DNA of 64,000 nt from the human T2T-CHM13v2.0 reference genome, Homo sapiens, in NCBI RefSeq assembly GCF_009914755.1, contig NC_060925.1; one strand, given 5' to 3'. This document shows positions 54,640 to 64,000 of this stretch, piece after piece. A program made the position numbers and the translations under genes. The notes beneath the pieces are model-generated. The model saw only the letters and a list, made by a program, of their open reading frames with translations. It was not told where the DNA came from and searched no databases. Position 1 is the first letter of the stretch, and each line of letters starts with the position of its first letter.

Positions 54640-55500
54640 ATGGAATGGGGATTCCGCTGACGTTCAGAAACTCTGCGCTGTGGGCCTCCGTGTCCCTTCT
54701 GCTCCCGCTGTCTGAGCCTCGCGATGTACCCCGCGCTCCTCGTCCCCTCTTCGTCTCCCTCTTCGGTGTTCGGGGTCCCAGAAACCGGGTTCTCGCAGTG
54801 GCCCGGACCACAGGGAAATTGCCGAGTCATCCAGTCGGGATCAGCGAGCCTGCAGGGTCCCCTTCCTGGGCGAGCCTCCTGGCACCCAGCAATCGGAGGC
54901 CCGGACACCCCCGCCAGGGACCCAGCGACCCAGGAAGTCCCCACCCCCTCTCAGAGCGACCCTGGGCCTCGGGCTGACAGGTCTCCTCCACTAAAAAGGC
55001 TGCTGCCCCTCTATCCTACACCCCGAGATTCCTTTCACTCGGGAATCTCCTAATGGCACCCATTGTCTTTTTGGTAAGTAAACGGTGGCGTGAGAAATTC
55101 TGATGGGGTTAGCTCAGTCATTGGAGAGTGTGTCTCAGTTTAGGATCGATGGTTCCAGACCTAACTTGGCAGTAGCACTGCTTTATTCAGATGGCCCATC
55201 CTATTCCGAATGTTAATTTGCTCTGTTCTTCATATTCAGATTTTTATGCCGAATTTCTAGCTCCTGCGTCTCTATTGCGGGCCCTAAAAGTCGCTGTTTC
55301 ACTAAGCTTTGGAACCTGACTCCGGGAAATCTCATTCTTTCGTCCCAAGATCTCAGCCAGAAAGAGAGTTCCGCGCGGCGGCGTCTTCAAGCGCGCGGGC
55401 TGGGAGCGCGGGTTCTGATCCTGGGTCGCCCCGGCCGAGCTCCCTCAGGGCCACGGGGAAGAGGAACCTGAGCAGCTCTGAGGGGCGAGTCTCTGAAGAT
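54640..55500. promoter_or_regulatory. CpG-rich region downstream of tRNA-Gln
   Basis: Elevated CpG/GC. Confidence 0.5.
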
Positions 55501-56426
55501 GGGGCTCCCCCTTCTCCCGTCAGGACCCTGCCCCAAGGAGAAGACGCCTTAGTTAAAAATGTTTTCTCCTGCTCTTCAGAGCACTTGGGATGAGGTTCCT
55601 GATGGGTCTTGGGAGCGAACTAAGATGTCACTCCAGGCGCTCAGGACCATCGCTCTCATTTTCATATTTTGGGGCTGAGAGCGGTTACAAAGGACTGAAA
55701 AATACCGCAGTCTTTGAGGGGCTCAGTTTGGAGGACGAGCCGGGGTTGAGGGGGGTTGACGCCTTCTTGGCTCCTTGGAGTGGACTGGCAGGTAAGGAAA
55801 CACAAACTCCGTTTCCCCTTGCAGGCAGAACTGCAGGACCTGGGATGGAAAATTGGACAGTCAAAGAGTAACAATATTTATGTAGAGGTGGGTTGCGTGC
55901 ATTAAAAATTGTTATCCCTACAGATAAGTGTAGGAAGGGACCAGGGCACTGCTGTTCACCACCAGCTTTGCAGCATATGTAACTTTGATAACAGTGTATA
56001 GTGCATAAAAATTCATTCCTGTTCACAAATATTTGATCACAACCAGTTACAGGTTTCTTTGTTCCTTCTCCACTTCCACTGCTTCACTTGACTAGCCCTA
56101 TAGGAAAAAAGAATCATTCTTAAATATGATATTGTTTCAGTTGATCGCCAGCCCGCCCGTTCCCCACCCCCTGAAAGTAGCTGGGACAACAGGTGTGCAC
56201 CACGTGCTGGGCTCATTTTTGTATTTTTAGTAGAGATGGGGTTTCGCCATATTGGCCAGGCAGCTCTCGAACTCCAGAACTCAAGTGATCCGCCTGCCTG
56301 GGCCTCCCTACACCTCCCTGCTGGGATTACAGGCATGAGCCACCCCACTTGGCCATCATTTGTATTTTGAATTTAAATATTTTGTAGTCATCACTCTTCA
56401 AAGATTCTGGGTTTTGCTGCATGTGC

Positions 56427-57291
<865 letters not shown>

Positions 57292-57909
57292 TAAGAATTT
57301 TACTGGGGCAGATTTGAAGCAAGAAATTGAATCATTATTCCCCTTTGGATGAGCTGAACACATGAGCTAATAAACTCCCAGTTCCTCCCAGATAGAAATA
57401 CTTCTCTAGTTCATTCCCCGAAGCTCCTTGAGGGTCAAACCTGCTGGAGATTGAGGGGCCTTCCTGGGATCTCCCAGCCCAGGAGGTTACTGCTGGTGAG
57501 AAGATTGCTGCAGTCTCCCTGGGAGGGTGCACGGCCACTGGAAAGTATCACTGCTGTAACTTCAATACAACTGGTTTTCGTCACATCTGCTCTTTGTGCA
57601 GTGTTGCAGGCAAAATACAAGAGCTAACATGCACATGAGTAACACATGCACATCATCAGCTGTGTCTGCAACACAAAGTGCCACATGTCAGGCACAGTTG
57701 ATTATGTGCATGTGTTTACTCATTCAGTCCTTACCTCAGGCCGAGGTCACACTATCACCTTCATCTTCCATGTGAGATGCACAAAGACGTTAAGTGACCT
57801 GTCCAGGGTCACTCAGCCAGCAAAGGAGGATTTGAAAGCAGGAATTTGAAGTGAAGGCAGCCTGTCTCCAGAAGACATTCTCAGAACCACTGCATTTATA
57901 CTGCTCCTA

Positions 57910-58682
57910 ACAAAACCACCGTTGCAAAAATTATGACAGTGAGAAAAACCTGACATAGGAAAACTATGACTGTGAAAGAAATCTGACCTAACTGACTGCA
58001 TCTTACTTCTAACCTCTGAGCTGCCTTTGTCCACTCCTGGGCATAGGCCAGGCTAACTATGAGAGAAGTTTAGTTCCAAGTCTAAGTCTGAAACAAAGAT
58101 GTCTTCCTGAGACAAACTCCTTCCTATCTTGGGGATCAGACCTCCTTAGCAAAGCTAACAAATTAGGTGCGAGATTGGAAATTATTGCTCAGGAGCCATG
58201 CAGCCAGAAGCCACATGATTCCTAAGCTCCCCAACTGTGCCTGTATATAAGATTATTGGTGTCAAACCTAAGATTGGTGTTCAAGGTATTTTTCAGACCC
58301 TGCCTTATGATGGACTAGCTGGCACACCCAGACCGGTAAACTGGCTCATCTGGTCCTGTGGCCCCCACTCAGGGACTGACTCAGTGCAGTGAACAAGCTC
58401 TGACACTGTGATTTCATCCCCAACCCAACCAATCAGCTTTGCACATTCCCTAGCCCCTTGCCTGCCAAACTATCCAAAAAAAAAAGAAAAAGAAAAAAGA
58501 AAAAAAAAACCCTAGTCTTTGAATTTTGGGGGAGGCAGATTTGAGTAATAATAAACCCCTGTCGTGGTCCCTCAGCTGCTTCTGCATTTATTAAATTCTT
58601 TCTCTATTTTAGAAAGCCTGCTGTTCTCAGCTCCATTGGCTTACCTGGGCAATGGGCAAGATAAACCTACCAGGCAGTTACA
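57910..58682 (+). mobile_element. LTR8-family solo LTR
   Basis: AAACCACCGTTGCAAAAATTATGAC...CTTCTAACCTC...CCTGGGCATAGGC; ends GGCAGTTACA. Confidence 0.75.
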
Positions 58683-60461
58683 TTAATAAAAGAGAAACAC
58701 AAATGGTAAGCATGCTTGAAAAGAAATATAAGTCTGTGTATTTCTTTGGAAGAAACACAAAAGGAGGAGGAATGATAAGACAGGCAATAAATACACTGTC
58801 CTAAATATTTTCATGATTCTCCTGCCTCCTTCGTATCCTTCTTATCCCAACAACTTCTCCCCAGAAACCTTCAACTTAAACATGGTCCTGCCAGAACTGG
58901 GTTTGTCCTTCCCTTTACATTTTCCTCTCACCTACCCTACACCCCTTCCATATCTAATCTGTTCTTTAACTTCCAGGTCATTGAGAATTTTCCATTTAAA
59001 AATATAAAAAATTCATAAAGCGGAAGATAACCAGTCATCCATATTCCCACCTCCTGGAATTAACTACTGTTAACATACCTACATATTTTTCTTCCAAATC
59101 ATTGTTAAACTACACATGCTAAGCATAGACCATACTAACAGTAGAGAAGATGTAAACATATGTAAAATTTTTGAAAACCTTACGTTCAAAAATAACTTCT
59201 CATAACATTTGGGCAACCCTGGAGTTACAGTCTTGTGGTACATCTACAGGGAGAAGAATGTATATTTTAGCTAGACTGTCCCTAAAAGAAAAAGGAAGAA
59301 AAAATAATAAAGAAGGATATATATACCTGAAAAAATAATAAAATAATAAAGACGCATATATGTATGCCTTTATAAAATTTAGCTGAGACTCTATTTTTAT
59401 TTTACAAACATTCCATTTAATAGTGCATGAACTTAACTGCAGACAAAGAGACAGAAACAGAAACGAAGGAATTCCTCAACTCCCGATTACAGTTAGAGAG
59501 ATATTTTTCTAAAGGAATCTTCTAAGGATAAACGTACACTAAATTAAGTAGAAGACATTAAGATTTGGAGTGGTTTTCTTATTCCTTTTTACAATCAGGT
59601 TGATTAAGGTGTGAGTTGACTTTGGTACAATGCATCCATTTCAAGTTTGATGACGTGTCTATTACTCTAAAAGGTCCTCTTGTGCCCTTTGCAGTCAGTT
59701 CCGCCCTCCCCCTGAGGCCAGCAGTCAATGATGTAGTTTCTGTCACTATACAGGTTAGTTTTAACTGTTGTAGAAATTCACCTTGATGCCGCCACACAGG
59801 GTGCACTCTTTTCATCACTCGGCATAATGTTTTTGAGATGATCCACGCTATTTCATGTTTCCGTAATGTGTCCTATTTTATTGCTGGGTAGTTCGGGTAG
59901 TTGGGGTAGATCGCAGCACATTCTGGCGACAGGTGAGACTGCGGTTCTGACCTGCAGGCCTCGGTGAACATGAGCAAGGGCACCTGGGCGCCGGGAGAGA
60001 CCTCCCTTCCCCTACAGAAAGCAAGCGTGTTATGTTAACAACCGAACGGGGACCCTGCTTTCATCCCAAAGAACAGCACCCGACTGCGTAGTTTCTTCCC
60101 TGGCTCTAGGAGGTGAGAACACATTCCCCGCTAGCACAGACATCCTACAAACTCCTGCGGAGGCTGCGGTTAGAAGCAGAGGCTGTGTGAAGGGTGACTC
60201 TGGGGGCTATGAAAAAACACGAAGGTTTTCACAGAGCATGAGAACCCAAAAGACTGGAGACTATGAAGCGATCTGCAAAAAGCAGCCCCAAGTGGAAAGG
60301 AAAGAGAAGAGCCCTGCGGCCACTTAGCTAGTGTTAAAAGAGCTCACGGCGGCGGAGAAGATAACACGTTACTTTCTGTTTCCCATCGTTGCGACTGTAA
60401 GGAGAACACTTAACATGCCACCCAAGCTACAAAACTGCAGTTTTAAGAATAACCCTTGCCG

Positions 60462-60477
60462 TCTATTTTTTCATTAC
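60462..60477 (-). terminator. Degenerate snRNA 3' box
   Basis: GTAATGAAAAAATAGA about 8 nt after the U1 3' end; resembles GTTTN(1-4)AARNAGA only at its 3' part. Confidence 0.55.
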
Positions 60478-60484
60478 AAAAATT

Positions 60485-60648
60485 CAGGGGAAAGCGCGAA
60501 CGCAGTCCCCCACTACCACAAATTATGCAGTCAAGTTTCCCACATTTGGGGAAATCGCAGGGGTCAGCACATCCGGAGTGCAATGGATAAGCCTCGCCCA
60601 GGGAAAACCACCTTCGTGATCATGGTATCTCCCCTGCCAGGTAAGTAT
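60485..60648 (-). ncRNA. Variant U1 snRNA gene (RNVU1-type), 164 nt
   Basis: ATACTTACCTGGCAGGGGAGATACC...GCGCTTTCCCCTG; differs from canonical U1 at A49T (60600) and C116T (60533). Confidence 0.97.
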
Positions 60649-60688
60649 GACTTCACACACTTCTGCCCTGTCACAGCCCCATATACCT

Positions 60689-60711
60689 CACCCTTTACAC
60701 ACATGGTCACT
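60689..60711 (-). promoter_or_regulatory. U1 proximal sequence element (PSE)
   Basis: AGTGACCATGTGTGTAAAGGGTG at about -63 to -41. Confidence 0.85.
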
Positions 60712-60844
60712 TGCCCCGCGCACCCCCGAGCCTTCCTAGCCCTGACACACAGCTGGGACCCTCAGGTCCGACCAGCGGTCCTGAACCCGCTCCCACGGCA
60801 CGGGAGCTCCTTCGTGGTGAAACAGCCAGTGGCGAAGCAGCAGC

Positions 60845-60880
60845 CCCTGCGCTGCCTCATCTACATAGAAGTCGCCCTAT
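60845..60880 (-). promoter_or_regulatory. U1 distal sequence element (octamer-like ATGTAGAT)
   Basis: GGGCGACTTCTATGTAGATGAGGCAGCGCAG at about -220, matching the U1 DSE. Confidence 0.85.
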
Positions 60881-60984
60881 CCGTGATGTCACCGACAGCG
60901 CCTTCCTCGTCCCGGTCTGCTTTTCTGCCCCACCCTCCGCCACTCAGCCGACCAACATGGTGCCAGAGCCTGCGGGGGCAGTGA

Positions 60985-61360
<376 letters not shown>

Positions 61361-62028
61361 GAAGCCAGTTCTTAGCCTGTGTTGCCGAGGACCTCTTTGG
61401 CAGAAATCTGGAGCCTGTCCACCCTTCTTCAAATAATGGCTTGTAATGCGCAGACTAAAACATGGAGGATTACACAAGAAACTGGTTCACTTCACATCAT
61501 TATCCTTGTGATGTAGCATTCTACTTGAAATTGGAAGCCGTTCGATATCAGAGAAACCATATCTATGAAACTAGAGAGGCTGCTCAGATGACTGCAAACC
61601 AGCCATCCTTACTTGTTTTACCACTAGTAGTGTTATAAGGACGGTGGTCCAATTTCAGGAATCTTGTAGGGTTCTTTCAAATACAGCAATGTACAAATAT
61701 GCTGCCCCAGCAGAGCACACTGGACACTCAGGCATGATGCTGGAGTTTGTCATCTCTTCCACGGCCTTCTCCAGACCTTAGCACTTACCTCATGTTAGCA
61801 CTTTATGTTCTGCAAAGACAGAAACAAAGTGGTCCAAATTTGGAAAAAATATATATATATTTGGGGGAAACTTTATTTGAGGTGCTTAACAGATTACTTT
61901 TAATCTGTAGAATACAACACCAAACTCTGACAATACTCCACAGACTCCAAATCTATCAGGCAAGTTTTTCCTGTCCTTTGCTTTCATATAAACTGAATCA
62001 TAAAGTGTATAGTGGGTTTTGGGGGAAT

Positions 62029-62752
62029 ATAACTGCCCAATGGGTTCATGTTGCCTGCTGCCTAGACAGAACCAATTTATCAAGACAGGGGAATTGCAAT
62101 AAAGAAAGTTATTTACCCAGAGCCAGCTGTGTGAGAGACCAGTTTTATTATTACCCAAATCAGTCTTCCTGAGTATTCTGGGACCCGAATTTTTAAGGAT
62201 AATTTGGTGGCTGGGGGCCAGTGAGTTGGGAGTTCTGATTGGTCAGGTCGGAGATGAACTCAAAGGGAGCTAAAGCATCCTCTTGAGCTGGGTCAGTTCC
62301 TGGGTGGGGGCCACAAGATCAGATGAGCTGGTTTATCCATCTGGGTGGTGCCAGCTGATGCATCAAGTGCAGGGCTACAAAATACCTCACGCACTGGTCT
62401 TAGGTTTTACAATAGTGATGTGATCCCCAGGCACAATTCAGGGAGGTTTAGAATCTCATAAGTTGGAGGCTGCATGATCCTAAACCATCATTTCTAATCT
62501 TGTGGCTAATTTGTTAGTCCTGAAAAGGCAGTCTACTCCCCAGGCAGGAAGGGGATTTGTTTTGGGAAAGGGCTGTTATCATCTTTGTTTCACAGCTAAA
62601 CCATAAACTAAGTTCCTCTCAAAGTTATTTTGGCCTGTGCCCAGGAATGAACAAGGACAGCTTGGATGCTGGAAGCAAGACAGAAGCAGTTAGGTCAGAT
62701 CTCTTTCGCTGTGATAATTCTCCCAGTTATAATTTTTGCAAAGTCGGTCTCA
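62029..62752 (-). mobile_element. LTR8-family solo LTR
   Basis: AACTGCCCAATGGGTTCA...CCTAGACAGA...TTATCAAGACAGGGGAATTGCAAT and AATTTTTGCAAAGTCGGTCTCA, the reverse of LTR8 ends. Confidence 0.8.
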
Positions 62753-64000
62753 GGAGCAGAGGCATAGGTTTGACTTCTTTCACTCAGTCTTACATCTATG
62801 AATTTTTCATGTTATTCATGTGGTTATTTGTTTCTGTGTGTATTCCTTTGTATGAATATAGGCCAATTTATTTATTTATTCTACTGTTGCTGAACATGTT
62901 GACCTAAAAGAAAGAGGCTGAAGCACAAAATAGAATCTAGAGTTTACTTGAGCCAACATGAAGACAGCTGCCTGGAAGACTCACACCAAAAGAACCTTGG
63001 ATCTGAGCTCCCTTTGGCCTTTGTCACAAGCAGGTTTTTAAAGGTCAAAAGGGGGGATGCACAATGGGCTGACAGAAAGGTGCCTGTCAGGAATTCTCAT
63101 TGGTTTTCAGAAATAGCATTGATGAGAGCTTGGCTATCCCTTGTTATAGGGTGTGGGATACAGTGTTTGGTGTGGCATTATTAGATTAATTTACAGCTAC
63201 CTGGGGTGATAGCAAGCAGTTTCAACAGATGAATACATAGCTCAAAAGGAAGGAAGCAGAAAGTGGTTGCTGTCTTGATTTAATGTCTCTCTGATCATGT
63301 GAAGTGGCTCACATTCCTCAGATAAAAATTCTTTTAAAAATCTTTCTTCTTTAAAGCATTGATGATCAAAAGCTCAGCCAAGGTGTCCCTCTTTGCCAGG
63401 AACACTCATTCCCGGATAGTCTTTCCCACGGTGAGGGCAGGGGAGGAAAGGAGCTGCCTCACTGAGGAATTTTTAAGAGCGCCCCAAAGCCCAATTGAAA
63501 GTACGTCACAGAGTAGAAAAAAAAAAAGAAGAAAAGAAAAGAAGAGAGAGAGACTTCAGTTAAATCTACAGCTGTCACTTGTTTAATCATCTCTCGTCTT
63601 CAGATACCATAAAATCAGTTTTCTCAGAAGTAAAACAGGAAATATATAACATTAATAATTTGAATAGCACAGATATAATTCACACAAGAATGAGAATCAC
63701 AAAGAGAATCCGTATGCCAGAACAGTAAGGGAACCTATTCCATTAGGGAGCCAACGAAAAAACATCAGGGAAAACATGACATCCCAGTTCTTCTTTCATG
63801 ATTTCTTGTAGCCAAATGACTTCTAATTTTTTCTAGATGAGGTTCTATGTCATGGGAGTATTTATTTTTGTATATGCAACAAGAGGTTGTAAACACCACA
63901 CATCCACCTCCCTGCTCAGCTAAATCTATCATCTAAAGCGGGCTGCGGAGGCTGCTGTTGCTGGGGCTCTCCCCTTGGTGTTCTGGGCTGCGTTGTACTA

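Noticed and set aside
60331-60984. 217-aa ORF
   Set aside because: Antisense read-through of the U1 gene and its promoter, with a non-ATG start.

Overview
Human genomic DNA: two AluYa5 insertions are present and that subfamily is human-specific. The window is repeat-dense and looks like the chromosome 1q21-type segmental-duplication region (inferred from a PFN1 processed pseudogene, tRNA-Gln-CTG, a tRNA-Gly-CCC pseudogene, a variant U1 snRNA gene with PSE/DSE, and a CpG-island-driven minus-strand spliced lncRNA-like unit). No intact full-length protein-coding gene is evident. The standout element is a ~9.5-kb L1-mediated retrocopy of CACNA1B (CaV2.2) on the minus strand (39997-49537). It contains the 5' UTR, precisely spliced exons 1-3, then ~8.8 kb of apparently retained intron 3 (including a 59-bp VNTR) and a 23-nt poly(A), all bracketed by a perfect 12-bp target-site duplication (GGCCTTGTCCTT at 39985 and 49538). 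It keeps an intact 177-codon ORF (N-terminus plus IS1-IS3, with N167K) that stops at the retained splice donor. Repeat subfamily names and parental-gene comparisons are from recall of consensus sequences, not from a search.
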